Shown: positions 19,399 to 30,135 of the stretch, piece by piece
How the letters are laid out: every line of letters starts with the position of its first letter
How positions within the stretch are numbered: position 1 is the first letter of the stretch
Origin: Desulfatiglandales bacterium
GTDB lineage: Bacteria > Desulfobacterota > DSM-4660 > Desulfatiglandales > HGW-15
Reading direction: 5' to 3'
Length of the DNA stretch: 64,000 bases
Assembly: GCA_963667015.2 (NCBI GenBank)
Contig: CAXXJJ010000004.1
Location: 3,584,001 to 3,648,000, forward strand
The notes under the pieces: generated by a model
Databases searched by the model: none
What the model was told of the DNA's origin: nothing
What the model saw: only the letters and a program-made list of their open reading frames with translations
Position numbers and translations under genes: made by a program

Positions 19399-19868
19399 AT
19401 GAATATTAGAACTGCAACTTCAAAAGATCTGGACGGTATTTGTAAACTTTCAAACGAGATAAATGAATATCATCATCTGCACATGCCTCACATGTTCAGG
19501 AAACCTGGGAGCCCTGATCAGGATATTCCCTACTGGTCACACTACCTGGAACATGAAAAAGGAGTTGTTTTTGTAGCAGAGGAGTCCCCGGATATTACGG
19601 GTGCAATATGTGCGGAAATAATTATGAGCACTCCTGCGCCGTTTTTTTTGACCGGTGTATGTGTTTTATAGGGACAATCGTTGTCAGTAAAAAATATCAG
19701 AAAACCGGAACAGGTAAGGACCTGATGTCAAAAATTGAGGAGTGGGCGGTTACAGAAGGCGCAGAAGAAATTGAATTGAACGTGATGCGGTTTAATTCAA
19801 ATGCCTTTGAATTTTATAAAAAATCAGGTTTTGAGGCCGTTTTTACCAGAATGGCAAAAAAAATATAA
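19399..19868 (+). pseudogene. GNAT acetyltransferase split by a frameshift at a T8 tract (19642-19649)
   Basis: MNIRTAT..D N-terminus in one frame; IVVSKKYQKTGTG...NSNAFEFYKKSGF in another. Confidence 0.7.
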
Positions 19869-19973
19869 TCACATCGAAACTTTTTTGGGAACAATTGGAA
19901 CCGCCCTTTGTCTAAACCATTAAACAAACAAATACCCCCCCCAAAGGTATAAGTTTTGCTTTTTCCTCCCTTT

Positions 19974-19995
19974 CCCTCCCCCGAAAGGGGGAGGG
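19974..19995. terminator. GC-rich hairpin between convergent genes
   Basis: CCCTCCCCC-GAAA-GGGGGAGGG. Confidence 0.55.
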
Positions 19996-20018
19996 TATCA
20001 AATGCCAATCACTTATCT

Positions 20019-20747
20019 TTACTCTTTTGCCTCATTACCCTTTACCTTAAGAACAGCATCATCGTCTTCATAAAGGGTTAAATAGACTTTTTGACCGGTA
20101 TCTGTTGCCAGGTAGGCCTCAGATGCGGCCGTTAAAATCGGGAAAACCCTCCTGAGATCATCACTGGTGCCGGTACTGGTAATGGTGGTTTTCCACAGTT
20201 GAATTTCCTTCTCATCTTTTTTAAATTGTTCATAGTCATATGCGGTAATAACAATAAAACGGCGATAGGCAGTTTTTGTATCCAGGTAAGTGCTGTAGCC
20301 CCTGAAGCCGTAAGTGGGGGTAAAGGTTGTATAACTCCTGTATGTCTTCTCACCGTCATCACCGGTTTCTGCGACATAGGTCCTTCTGGACAAATACCCT
20401 GTATGACCATACTCGGGAAGAGAGTAGGCATATTGATATGTTTCAGGATCACCGATGCCATAGGCAAGATAAACAGCCAGGTCGGCATCATCTTTTGAAG
20501 TAGTATAGATATATCCTTTCGCCTGCATAACTCTTTTAAAATAGGCGGCATATTCCTGGAACTCCAGATCCGCCTCTGTTATCCCCTGGTTTCCGGGCAG
20601 TAAAAGATAGGTTTTTTTTGAAGATGCTTCTCCCGATGCAAAGGAATCGACAGATACACCGAATCGCGTCCTGCCAATATTGGAAAGTGTTGAACAACCG
20701 CTTAAAAGGATTAGGAGCAGCACTGAGCATATTTTAATAAGTTTCAT
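20019..20747 (-). CDS. Lipoprotein, DUF4136-like
   Basis: Lipobox LLSGC; ADLAVYLAYG and QLWKT pattern. Confidence 0.65.
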   Translation of the reverse strand: MKLIKICSVLLLILLSGCSTLSNIGRTRFGVSVDSFASGEASSKKTYLLLPGNQGITEADLEFQEYAAYFKRVMQAKGYIYTTSKDDADLAVYLAYGIGDPETYQYAYSLPEYGHTGYLSRRTYVAETGDDGEKTYRSYTTFTPTYGFRGYSTYLDTKTAYRRFIVITAYDYEQFKKDEKEIQLWKTTITSTGTSDDLRRVFPILTAASEAYLATDTGQKVYLTLYEDDDAVLKVKGNEAKE

Positions 20748-20995
20748 GATTTCTCCTTACAATACTTGAATCCGGATAGAAGTTTTCCGCCTGTAGTACG
20801 CTTTTTATACTATTCAGACAGCATCATACCAAAGTGATCTTGACAGCGCCATAATAGGACATACTTTATGACCCTGATGTCCTGCTGGCAAATACAAATT
20901 ATATATAAATTTTCAGCAGTCAATATGTTCTTTTCGAATGATCCTTAATTTTTAATTTAATAACTGCTAGTACAAGGAAAAAGAAGGAGGGAATT

Positions 20996-21643
20996 ATGAA
21001 CAGAAAATGCTTTAAAAACGGTCTTCTTTCTGGATTCGTTTTATTTGTTATCCTGTGTGGAATGTCACTGGCTGCCATGGCTAAAACAGGTGATGGATTA
21101 ACTGCCTTAAGTACCGGAGAATTTGAGAAAGCAGAGGCAATTTTCAGCGAGGTTTTGAAGGGTGATGCAGAAAATTCCGAAGCCGGGTACTATCTTGGTT
21201 TAAGCCTCCTCATGCAGGAAAAATTTGATAGGGCACTTGGTGTTTTTAAAACCCTGAAGGCCGATATGGGTAATACCGAAATCCCCACTAAAGGTCAGGT
21301 AGAGATAGGTCTTGTCCGCTCCTATCTGGGTCTTAAAAATTATCCAGAGGCGCTTACGAGTCTTAAGGCTGCTGAATCTGCAAAGGCCGATAGGATCGAG
21401 ATCCATACATATAAAGGCGCCTATTACCTGGAAGTGAATGAAAACAGCAAGGCAAATGAAGAACTTGAAAAGGCCCTTGAGCTTAAATCTCAAAATCCAT
21501 ACACCTATTATTATGCAGGCATTGTCAGTATTAGACTTGGTTACCCGCAAAAGGCGGTCAAACTGTTTGAGACGTTTTTAGAAATGGCGCCCTATACACA
21601 TGAAGCGGAACATGCAAAGTTTCTGGTTGATACCCTGTGTTAA
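20996..21643 (+). CDS. Exported TPR protein
   Basis: Signal peptide and repeated TPR helices (YYLG, YKG, YYAG). Confidence 0.8.
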   Translation: MNRKCFKNGLLSGFVLFVILCGMSLAAMAKTGDGLTALSTGEFEKAEAIFSEVLKGDAENSEAGYYLGLSLLMQEKFDRALGVFKTLKADMGNTEIPTKGQVEIGLVRSYLGLKNYPEALTSLKAAESAKADRIEIHTYKGAYYLEVNENSKANEELEKALELKSQNPYTYYYAGIVSIRLGYPQKAVKLFETFLEMAPYTHEAEHAKFLVDTLC

Positions 21644-21786
21644 AGTTAATCTTCCTCTTCCCGCCAGTCTTCGCTAAAGTAAGGCCCGGCAGGGGAGAGG
21701 AGGTTTTCACCATGAATGAATTGATTATATTATCCCGCAAATAGTGTCTTATCTGTTGTTTAAGACATATATATTTTGAACTGTGA

Positions 21787-23160
21787 TTATGAAGTAAAAT
21801 GGTAATTAATAATATTTTTTGCCAGATCTTTGGCCCTGATCCCAAGAAGCTTGCCATGTATTGCAAGTACTGTAATGATGATTCCATTATCTTTAGCCTC
21901 GGGTATGGCAAAGGCGGTGACCCAATCATATTTAAATTTATCATTGGGGTCATTTATTGTTCCTGTTTTGGCACCCAGATCAATGTTCTTAAATGACTTT
22001 TTTCTCCTTAATTGACGAAATGTTTTACTGCATGTTCCATTTTTTACAGTATCCTCCATGAGTATCCTGATCTTATCTGCAGTAGCTTCCTTTAGAGGGC
22101 TGCCAAGCTCAGCATTCCTTCCGCTATAGATGACCTGACCGGATTCGTCCCTTATTTCACTTACTACCCATGGCTCCATTATTGTCCCGTTATTAACAAC
22201 AGCTGAAGTCATCAGGGAGGCATGCATTGGGGAAATGAGGGTCCTTTTATTGAACCCCGAAGCTATCTCAGCCAGGCCGAAATCATCATCTGGCACATCT
22301 ATAAAGCTCTTTTCAACAGGCAATTCAAAAGGAATTGTGTGGTTAAACAGGAACTTATCCGCGTAATCAGTTAGAAGATCCTTGCCAAGTTCATAGATAC
22401 CCAGCCTGCCGAAAACAGGGTTATTTGATCCGGAAAAGGCTTTTTTCAAGCTCGTTTCATAGGTATATCGATTCTTGCGCAGGTCTTTTTTAAGCTGGCT
22501 TTTATACAGGGTATATTTTCCACCACGGTAATAAAAAGTTTTATCAATGGAGAAGTTACGACCCTCAATAGCTGCTGATGCGGACACAATTTTAAAAAGA
22601 CTTGCCGCAGGAATATCCGCTTTAAGGATTAGATTCTTCTCCTGTTTTTCTTTATCATAATCTGCCATTGCCAGTATCTGTCCCGTAGCAGGATTAAGCA
22701 CCACAACTGCCGCCTGAAGTGTCTGCGAACGCTTAAGCAATTTATAGATATAGTTCTGGAGTGAGGAGTCAATTGAGGTTGAAATATCAAGTATTGATCC
22801 CTCTTTTGCAAGCTTATAATTGCCTGTGACTGGTGATTGCTCAAGAGACAGATCATCAAGAAGAGGTTGCAGGTCTTTCTTTGTTATCCGGTTATGTGCC
22901 TCTTCTGCAATCCCGACCTGTTTTATCGTTTGCTCAAGGCTCGCATCTATGTTGTTTTTTGTATTGCCTTTGAGATGAGCGTATAACCATGAACCGATAA
23001 ATGCCACAAGGGCCAGGGTCAAAATTCCACCGCAAATATATATCCATAAAAAAGGAAGCCTTTTTAAAAATGAAATCCTTCTTTCTTCTCTCTTAAGCTG
23101 TCTCTTGAGTTTTTTCTGGTATTTTCGCCAGCGCTTTTTTCCAACATCGTTATATATCAT
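21787..23160 (-). CDS. Penicillin-binding transpeptidase-domain protein
   Basis: TM anchor, SLFK (SxxK), SNN (SxN), KTGT. Confidence 0.85.
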   Translation of the reverse strand: MIYNDVGKKRWRKYQKKLKRQLKREERRISFLKRLPFLWIYICGGILTLALVAFIGSWLYAHLKGNTKNNIDASLEQTIKQVGIAEEAHNRITKKDLQPLLDDLSLEQSPVTGNYKLAKEGSILDISTSIDSSLQNYIYKLLKRSQTLQAAVVVLNPATGQILAMADYDKEKQEKNLILKADIPAASLFKIVSASAAIEGRNFSIDKTFYYRGGKYTLYKSQLKKDLRKNRYTYETSLKKAFSGSNNPVFGRLGIYELGKDLLTDYADKFLFNHTIPFELPVEKSFIDVPDDDFGLAEIASGFNKRTLISPMHASLMTSAVVNNGTIMEPWVVSEIRDESGQVIYSGRNAELGSPLKEATADKIRILMEDTVKNGTCSKTFRQLRRKKSFKNIDLGAKTGTINDPNDKFKYDWVTAFAIPEAKDNGIIITVLAIHGKLLGIRAKDLAKNIINYHFTS

Positions 23161-23317
23161 TTTAATTCAGCTTTACTATATCAAATATGTTGCAGGTAAT
23201 TTATCAAAACAATTTAAACACAAAAAGGAGACTGAGGCGGATAATATCACTAATGGCCACTAGATTTCAATTGATTAGGCGCTGGGAAATAAACGGTATA
23301 AAATCACTAAAAAACCA

Positions 23318-23372
23318 TTGACCTTAAAATTCGGATAGTGCTATCATCTTTTTGTTGACCGACCGGTCGGCC
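23318..23372 (+). promoter_or_regulatory. Sigma70-like promoter and TetR-type palindromic operator
   Basis: TTGACC-18-TATCAT; GACCGACCGGTCGGCC palindrome at 23357-23372 upstream of tetR. Confidence 0.6.
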
Positions 23373-23393
23373 ATAATTTTAAAAGGAAACTGA

Positions 23394-24008
23394 ATGTCAC
23401 CAAAGATTGTTAATAAAGAAATAAAAAAGCAGGAAATCCTGAAGGCAGCCATGAGAATATTCGCGCAGAATGGGGTAGTTAAGACCAAAATGGCGGATAT
23501 CGCAACAGCAGCCGGAATCGGAAAGGGAACAATATACGAATATTTCCGCAGCAAGGAAGATATCTTTGCAGAGGCTTACAGCCATATCTTTATGGATACG
23601 GAAAGAAGTATCATTGAAGTGCTTGAAAGCCCAATATCTCCGGAAGAAAAATTACGCAGGTTTATGAGTGTGACCATGGAAGAGTTTCTGCTAAAGGACG
23701 GGGGAGAGTTTGCCGGGATTATGATGTCTTTCTGGTCAGAGGGTATCCGCAATAATAATGAAAGGATCATGGAGATTATTGACCTTAAAAAGATCTATTC
23801 GGAGTTCCGGTTAATGATCTCCGGCATTCTTGATGAAGGGATAAAAAAAGGATCATTCAGGAAGGTGGATACCCATTTGACAGCCTCTGTGATTATAGGG
23901 GCAATGGATGGAATCCTATTGCAATATATTATGGATAAAAATGTGTTTTCGCCCGGAAAGGCGATTGAAACCCTGCTGGACGGATTTATAAATGGTATAA
24001 AAGTTTAA
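23394..24008 (+). CDS. TetR/AcrR family regulator
   Basis: DIATAAGIGKGTIYEYFRSKEDI HTH. Confidence 0.92.
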   Translation: MSPKIVNKEIKKQEILKAAMRIFAQNGVVKTKMADIATAAGIGKGTIYEYFRSKEDIFAEAYSHIFMDTERSIIEVLESPISPEEKLRRFMSVTMEEFLLKDGGEFAGIMMSFWSEGIRNNNERIMEIIDLKKIYSEFRLMISGILDEGIKKGSFRKVDTHLTASVIIGAMDGILLQYIMDKNVFSPGKAIETLLDGFINGIKV

Positions 24009-24012
24009 AATA

Positions 24013-24813
24013 TTGGAGGTAATTATGTTCAGTATTTTTTCCAAAAATCTTTTAAATAAGTCAATTTTCCTGCTCTGTATTACCTGGCTCATCTGTTTTT
24101 TAAGCCAGGCTGCATCAGGAGAGGAGCTGTCTGCCAGGGATATCGTTGCCAGATCAAATGATCTGCTGCGCGGTAAAAGCTCCAGCGCCACTGCGACCTT
24201 GAAGGTTGTCAAACCGGACTGGTCACGTGAAATGACATCCAAAATCTGGATGCTGGAACCGGATTATGCCATGATCCTGATTACAGAACCTGCCAAAGAC
24301 AAGGGAAATGTCACCCTGAAACGAAAAAAGGAGATGTGGAACTGGGTGCCTGCCATTCAACGGGTTATAAAGATACCTCCTTCCATGATGATGCAGCCAT
24401 GGATGGGTTCTGATTTTAACAATGATGATCTGGTACGCGAATCATCCATTGTGGAGGATTATACACAGTCGTTAATCGGGGAAGAAAATATTGATGGATA
24501 CGACTGCTACAAGGTTCTTCTCATGCCAAAACCCGAGGCAGGCGTTGTATGGGGGAAGGTAATAATGTGGATATCAAAAAAGGGATACCTGCAGCTCAGG
24601 ACCGAATATTATGATGAAGATGAAAACCTTATCAAATATATGACCGGAAGCAGGGTAAAGGAGATGGGCGGCCGCACAATCCCTTCATACTGGGAAATGA
24701 TCCCTGTAGACAAGGAAGGAGAAAAGACGATCCTTGAATATAAATCAATAGAATTTGATATCAAAATAAGCCCCTCGTTCTTTTCCGAGCAGAGGATGAA
24801 ACGTGTGAGGTAA
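24013..24813 (+). CDS. Outer-membrane lipoprotein-sorting (LolA-like) protein
   Basis: Signal peptide, WMGSDFNNDDL and FFSEQRM; start may be ATG 24025. Confidence 0.8.
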   Translation: MEVIMFSIFSKNLLNKSIFLLCITWLICFLSQAASGEELSARDIVARSNDLLRGKSSSATATLKVVKPDWSREMTSKIWMLEPDYAMILITEPAKDKGNVTLKRKKEMWNWVPAIQRVIKIPPSMMMQPWMGSDFNNDDLVRESSIVEDYTQSLIGEENIDGYDCYKVLLMPKPEAGVVWGKVIMWISKKGYLQLRTEYYDEDENLIKYMTGSRVKEMGGRTIPSYWEMIPVDKEGEKTILEYKSIEFDIKISPSFFSEQRMKRVR

Positions 24814-24817
24814 TAAA

Positions 24818-26032
24818 ATGTATCTCCTGTTAAGCTGGCGTAACCTGTGGAGGAACAGAAAGCGGACAATAATCGCGGCTTCATCGGTCTTCTTTGCAGT
24901 ACTGCTTGCCGTGACGATGCGTTCCGGGCAGCATGGTTCCTACTCCTACATGATCGATTCATCGGCAAAACTCTTTACCGGTCACCTGCAGGTACAGGGA
25001 AAGGGATACTGGGATAATCACTCCATTGACAGGAGTATTGTGCTCAAACCCGACCGTCAGAAAGATATTTCGGAAATCGCGCATGTAACGTCCATCACAC
25101 CCCGGCTTGAGGCCTTTTCACTTGTTGCCTATGAAACCAGCACCAGGGTGGCACAGGTTATCGGTATTGATCCTTCAAAAGAAGACCGGATGACCGGTCT
25201 TAAAAAACGGCTCATAAAGGGAAACTACCTGACATCCGGATCCGAAGGCGTTCTGGTTGCGCAGGGGCTGGCGGATCTATTAAAAATCAAGGTGGGAAAC
25301 AGCCTTATTATATACGGGCAGGGATATCATGGCCAGATTGCAGCAGCGCGTCTGCCTGTTTTGGGAATTGTAGACCTCCCCTTTCCTGAACTCAACAACA
25401 GCATGGTGTATCTCACCCTCGACAAGGCGCGTGATGTGTTCTCTGCCTACAATCGCATAACCTCCCTTGCAGTCATGGTGGACAATGTACGAAATCTGCC
25501 CGTTGTAGAAAACAGTATTAAAGGGGTAACAGAAAATGAATTCACCATTATGACATGGGATGAAATGCTTCCGGACCTGGTCCAGAACATCCAGCTGGAT
25601 AATGCCAGCGGGATTATTATGCTTTTCATCCTTTATATTGTAATCTCCTTCGGGGTCTTTGGCACGGTTATGATGATGACCTCAGAGAGGTTGAAGGAGT
25701 TCGGCATTCTGATATCAGTCGGAATGAAAAAAAGCCGGCTTATAATAGTAACCACTGTTGAATCGATTTTTATCTCACTGTTAGGTGTTGCTGCCGGCAT
25801 TCTGGGCAGTATTCCGGTCATTTTTTATCTTCATTACAACCCCATTCGCATGACAGGTGATGCGGCAAAGGCCTTTGAGTCCATCGGCGTGGAACCCATC
25901 ATGAATTTCAGCACCGATCCGCAGATCTTTTTTACACAATCCATCGTGGTCATGATCATAGCCCTGGCTACCGCAATATACCCGGTTTTGTTCATTAATC
26001 GCATTCAACCTGCTAAAGCCATACACGGTTAG
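24818..26032 (+). CDS. LolC/E-like (FtsX/MacB) ABC permease
   Basis: WRNLWRNRKRT and ERLKEFGILISVGM. Confidence 0.88.
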   Translation: MYLLLSWRNLWRNRKRTIIAASSVFFAVLLAVTMRSGQHGSYSYMIDSSAKLFTGHLQVQGKGYWDNHSIDRSIVLKPDRQKDISEIAHVTSITPRLEAFSLVAYETSTRVAQVIGIDPSKEDRMTGLKKRLIKGNYLTSGSEGVLVAQGLADLLKIKVGNSLIIYGQGYHGQIAAARLPVLGIVDLPFPELNNSMVYLTLDKARDVFSAYNRITSLAVMVDNVRNLPVVENSIKGVTENEFTIMTWDEMLPDLVQNIQLDNASGIIMLFILYIVISFGVFGTVMMMTSERLKEFGILISVGMKKSRLIIVTTVESIFISLLGVAAGILGSIPVIFYLHYNPIRMTGDAAKAFESIGVEPIMNFSTDPQIFFTQSIVVMIIALATAIYPVLFINRIQPAKAIHG

Positions 26033-26048
26033 GAAGGGAGACGCTAAA

Positions 26049-27263
26049 TTGCTCGCATTACTGGCATGGAAAAACATATGGAGAAACAGGAAGCGAAGCC
26101 TGATCATCATTACTGCCATTACATTCGGACTGTGGGGAGGTCTGGTGGCAGGCGCAGTCATGATGGGATGGGGAGAATCAATGGTAAACACCGCAATAAA
26201 CCGGGACCTTGGACATATCCAGATACACAGGTCCGGTTTTACCGGTGACAGGGGTGTAAACCTGTACATCCCTGATGGAATTGAAATTTTACAGAATATT
26301 CGTTCATTACCGAATGTTAAAGCAGCCTCCGGAAGAACCCTGGTGGACGGGATGGCGGCATCCCCTTCATCCACATTCGGGGTGCGCATAGCAGGCATTG
26401 ATCCGGAAAATGAAGGCAGGGTCACCAGCATAAAGGACATTCTTACCGAGGGCACATATTTTGAGACTGACAGGAAAAATCCTGTAATCATAGGGAAGAA
26501 GCTGGCAGACCGCCTGAACCTCAAGATTCACTCAAAACTGGTGTTGAGCTTTCAATCCATGGATGAAAACCTGGTATATGGCGCCTTTCGTATTGTCGGG
26601 ATTTTTAAAAGTGAATCATCGGCCTTTGATGAATCTCATGTGTTTGTACTTCAGAAAGACCTGCTGCGTCTCTTTGGAAGCAAGCCTGTAATCCATGAAA
26701 TAGCAGTAAGGGCGGATTCTTCAAAATCGATCCCATCCATTTTTACGGCATTAAAAAAAGATTATTCAGGGCTTTCAATTGAGACATGGAAGGAGCTTTC
26801 CCCGGAAACGGCTGCGGTCGCCGCTGCAATGGAAAGCTGGTCCTATGTTTTTGTGGGTATCATACTTATGGCACTTATCTTCGGCATCACCAATACCATG
26901 CTTATGGCAGTCATGGAACGCACTCAGGAGCTGGGGATACTCATGGCAGTTGGAATGAAAAAAGGGAAGGTCTTTATAATGATTCTTTTAGAGACCATCA
27001 TGCTCTCAATCACCGGGGGCGTCTGCGGAATGATTACCGGTGCTGTTACAATTACAGCGCTTTCACGGACCGGGCTGGATCTGACGGCCTTTGCCTCCAG
27101 TCTTGAGAGTTTTGGAGCAAGCACGATCCTGTATCCCTTCCTGCCTGCAGGTATGTATTTTATACTGGTCGCGATGATTATAGCGGCTGCAGGCATTGCC
27201 TCCACCATGCCGGCATGGAAGGCCATACACCTTAAACCGTCCGATGCGATAAGGGCATATTAG
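26049..27263 (+). CDS. LolC/E-like ABC permease
   Basis: AWKNIWRNRKRS and ERTQELGILMAVGM. Confidence 0.88.
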   Translation: MLALLAWKNIWRNRKRSLIIITAITFGLWGGLVAGAVMMGWGESMVNTAINRDLGHIQIHRSGFTGDRGVNLYIPDGIEILQNIRSLPNVKAASGRTLVDGMAASPSSTFGVRIAGIDPENEGRVTSIKDILTEGTYFETDRKNPVIIGKKLADRLNLKIHSKLVLSFQSMDENLVYGAFRIVGIFKSESSAFDESHVFVLQKDLLRLFGSKPVIHEIAVRADSSKSIPSIFTALKKDYSGLSIETWKELSPETAAVAAAMESWSYVFVGIILMALIFGITNTMLMAVMERTQELGILMAVGMKKGKVFIMILLETIMLSITGGVCGMITGAVTITALSRTGLDLTAFASSLESFGASTILYPFLPAGMYFILVAMIIAAAGIASTMPAWKAIHLKPSDAIRAY

Positions 27264-27285
27264 AAAAATAAAAAGGAAGAACGAA

Positions 27286-27972
27286 ATGGCACTGATTGAA
27301 ATAACCGACCTGGGCAAGGTTTATAACTCAAAGACAATTCCGGTGGAGGCAGTCAGGCATCTTGACCTGGCAATCGACAGGGGAGAATTCACCGCTATCG
27401 TAGGCCCCTCGGGCTCCGGCAAGACTACACTGCTCAACCTTATAGGCGGTTTGGATACACCGACCTATGGTAAAATTATCATAGACGGGACAAATATAGC
27501 TGATTTGAAGGCTTCGGATATGGTTGAATACAGGCTTCGCCATATCGGATTTGTTTTTCAGGCCTATAACCTGATACCTGTACTGTCTGCCAGGGAAAAC
27601 GTTGAATTCATCATGCTGCTTCAGGGTGTGGGGAAAAAGGAGAGGAAAAAACGCGCAACCGAACTTCTGGATGCGGTAGGACTGGGTGAACGCATGGAGA
27701 ATCGCCCAGGCCAGCTTTCAGGAGGTCAGCAGCAGAGGGTGGCCGTGGCCCGTGCACTTGCTTCTCATCCGGCCTTTGTCCTTGCAGACGAACCCACCGC
27801 AAACCTTGATTCCGAATCAACTGCATCACTTCTTGATCTTATGGGTCAGTTAAACAAAAAATATGACATGACCTTTGTCTTTTCAACCCATGATGCAAGG
27901 GTCATACAGCGTGCACGTCGGGTGATCACACTGGAGGACGGAATGAAAAAACAGGATGTGACAGATAATTGA
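27286..27972 (+). CDS. LolD-like ABC ATP-binding protein
   Basis: GPSGSGKT, LSGGQQQR, LADEPTANLD. Confidence 0.92.
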   Translation: MALIEITDLGKVYNSKTIPVEAVRHLDLAIDRGEFTAIVGPSGSGKTTLLNLIGGLDTPTYGKIIIDGTNIADLKASDMVEYRLRHIGFVFQAYNLIPVLSARENVEFIMLLQGVGKKERKKRATELLDAVGLGERMENRPGQLSGGQQQRVAVARALASHPAFVLADEPTANLDSESTASLLDLMGQLNKKYDMTFVFSTHDARVIQRARRVITLEDGMKKQDVTDN

Positions 27973-27975
27973 TCA

Positions 27976-29172
27976 ATGAGAAAAATAATCCTTAAAATAA
28001 TATTTCTCGCACTGCTACTGCCCTGCCATCTGCTGGCTCAGGATTCCGGCATTGAAATATCCGGGTATATCAAGCATATATCGAGCTTATCCGACTACCC
28101 GGGTGTCAAGGATACCCTTTATGATCAGCTCGTACACGCAAGGGTCGACACTGCCTGGTACCCGTCTGATTCCCTGCGGGGAGAGATGGGCATACGTGTA
28201 CGGGGCTTCTATGGTAATTCATTTGTAAAAATCCCCCGATACAGGGAAGAGATAAAAATCGATTATGATTTCACAAACCTGGATGCAGTTTTATGGGACA
28301 GTAAAAAGAGTATGGGATACGGCCAGATAGACCGGTTGTGGATGGGTTACACAAAAAAGGACCTGGAGGTCACAGTGGGGAGGCAGCGCATTGCCTGGGG
28401 AACCTCCCTGGTCTGGAACGTGATCGATCTCTTTAATCCAAAATCCGTGCTGGATTATGACTATGAAGAAAAACCGGGCACAGATGCCATTCGAATGCAG
28501 TACTATACCGGAGCTGTCTCAAAGGTGGAGATATCTGTCAGACCGGGAAAGGACAGTGACCACTATACTGCAGCCGGACTCTATTCAGTAAACATTTCCG
28601 GATACGATTTATTCGGGATTGCGGGGATCCGGAACAATCAGTGGGTGGCCGGTGGCGCCTGGGCAGGGGCAATTTCTGACGGCGGGTTCAGGGGAGAATT
28701 CCTTATAAGCCAGTCATTGGACAGGACCCCTTCAAGGGACCATCTGCCAGCACCCGTCACAGAAGATTCCTTATTTGAATCTACAGGAACCGTAGCGAGT
28801 TTCGTCCTTTCAGGTGATTATACATTTGCCAGCACCTTTTATATCCATACCGAATGCCTGTATAACAGCAACGGAAAAACAGAGAATGCAGGGCTGTTTC
28901 AACAGGAGGCTGCCTACGCGGGGATGCTCTCTCCTGCCCAATGGTCAATCTACCAGGAGTTTGCATATGACTTAACTCCCCTGACCAGGGCAACCCTTTT
29001 TGGTTTTTTTAATCCAAATGATCATTCATTTATAATAGTGCCTATGCTGTCCAGATCGGTTACTGCAAACATGGATCTCCTGCTTATCGGATTCCTGCCT
29101 TCGGGCAGACACAATACCGAGTTTGGAATATACGGAAAATCAATCAATCTGCGCCTTAAATACTCTTTCTGA
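27976..29172 (+). CDS. Putative outer-membrane beta-barrel protein
   Basis: Signal peptide, GRQRIAWG, C-terminal LKYSF. Confidence 0.75.
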   Translation: MRKIILKIIFLALLLPCHLLAQDSGIEISGYIKHISSLSDYPGVKDTLYDQLVHARVDTAWYPSDSLRGEMGIRVRGFYGNSFVKIPRYREEIKIDYDFTNLDAVLWDSKKSMGYGQIDRLWMGYTKKDLEVTVGRQRIAWGTSLVWNVIDLFNPKSVLDYDYEEKPGTDAIRMQYYTGAVSKVEISVRPGKDSDHYTAAGLYSVNISGYDLFGIAGIRNNQWVAGGAWAGAISDGGFRGEFLISQSLDRTPSRDHLPAPVTEDSLFESTGTVASFVLSGDYTFASTFYIHTECLYNSNGKTENAGLFQQEAAYAGMLSPAQWSIYQEFAYDLTPLTRATLFGFFNPNDHSFIIVPMLSRSVTANMDLLLIGFLPSGRHNTEFGIYGKSINLRLKYSF

Positions 29173-29390
29173 TTTAAAGGATCAACAAGTCTTAATTAGC
29201 CTGTAATATCAACAATATGCCTTTTTTCACTTTCTGTGCTACCCCATTTTTTCACAATTATTGGACCATTTTTTCTTGCTATTTTATTTTTTTGTAAAGT
29301 AAATTAATTCGTCAGTCGATAGAATCATTAATGTATTGATTCATATTTGTAATACATTTAACAATTTAACAGTATGGAGGCTTTTTTAGT

Positions 29391-30047
29391 ATGCGTAGTA
29401 TTAAGTTTTATATAAGTGTTTTTATGGTAATAGGTTTAATCAGCTTAAACAGCTTCTCTTTTGCAGGAGAGCGTTATAATATTGATGTTGAAAGTGTTAA
29501 AAAGGCAGCTCAAAATAGTCTTTTTGATGGAGAGGCCGTGATTAAATGGGATGCAAAGATAAAAAACAACACAGATGCAAACCAGACCTATGAAGTTAAG
29601 GTAAATTTTTTGAACAGTGATAATGAAACAATCGTTGAAACAGCCAGATTAGTAACCTTTGATCCAGGGGAAGCAAAGGTAGTTACTCATGTAATGAACA
29701 TAGAGACAACAAAGGTCAAGGGTATCGATTCCGGATATGCCACCGTATCAAAGGTAAATGAGCAGACTTTGGCTGCCAGACTGGACAAAAACATGAATGT
29801 GAATATCAGCCCCCTTTCCGATGATTCAGTTTCACTGGCCTACACAGTTAAACTTAAAAACAATACTGACAAATCAATGACCCGTAAGGTTACAGTTGCA
29901 TTTCTTGATTCAAACAACAGACAAGTTAGAAGTGAAACAATGCAGGCATCATTTAATGCGGGTGAATCAAAAACCATTACTGATACACTGAAAGTAAGCG
30001 CCTTTGATGCAGACAGGATATCTATCGGTCACGTTACACTCAACTAA
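29391..30047 (+). CDS. Exported protein with two Ig-like (FxLYD-like) repeats
   Basis: Two copies of KNNTD...V.FL.S. Confidence 0.65.
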   Translation: MRSIKFYISVFMVIGLISLNSFSFAGERYNIDVESVKKAAQNSLFDGEAVIKWDAKIKNNTDANQTYEVKVNFLNSDNETIVETARLVTFDPGEAKVVTHVMNIETTKVKGIDSGYATVSKVNEQTLAARLDKNMNVNISPLSDDSVSLAYTVKLKNNTDKSMTRKVTVAFLDSNNRQVRSETMQASFNAGESKTITDTLKVSAFDADRISIGHVTLN

Positions 30048-30089
30048 CATTAATTAAGCATAAATAATTGATGTTAAGCTTATAAAACC

Positions 30090-30135
30090 GACGGCGGGGA
30101 TTTATTTCAAATAGAATTAAATCCCTGCCGTTTTC
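30090..30135 (+). terminator. Intrinsic terminator
   Basis: ACGGCGGGGATTTA / TAAATCCCTGCCGT followed by a T-rich tail. Confidence 0.65.

Noticed and set aside
25781..26524. Long antisense ORFs (this one and similar ones in the track)
   Set aside because: They lie opposite well-supported genes and lack motifs; treated as shadow ORFs.
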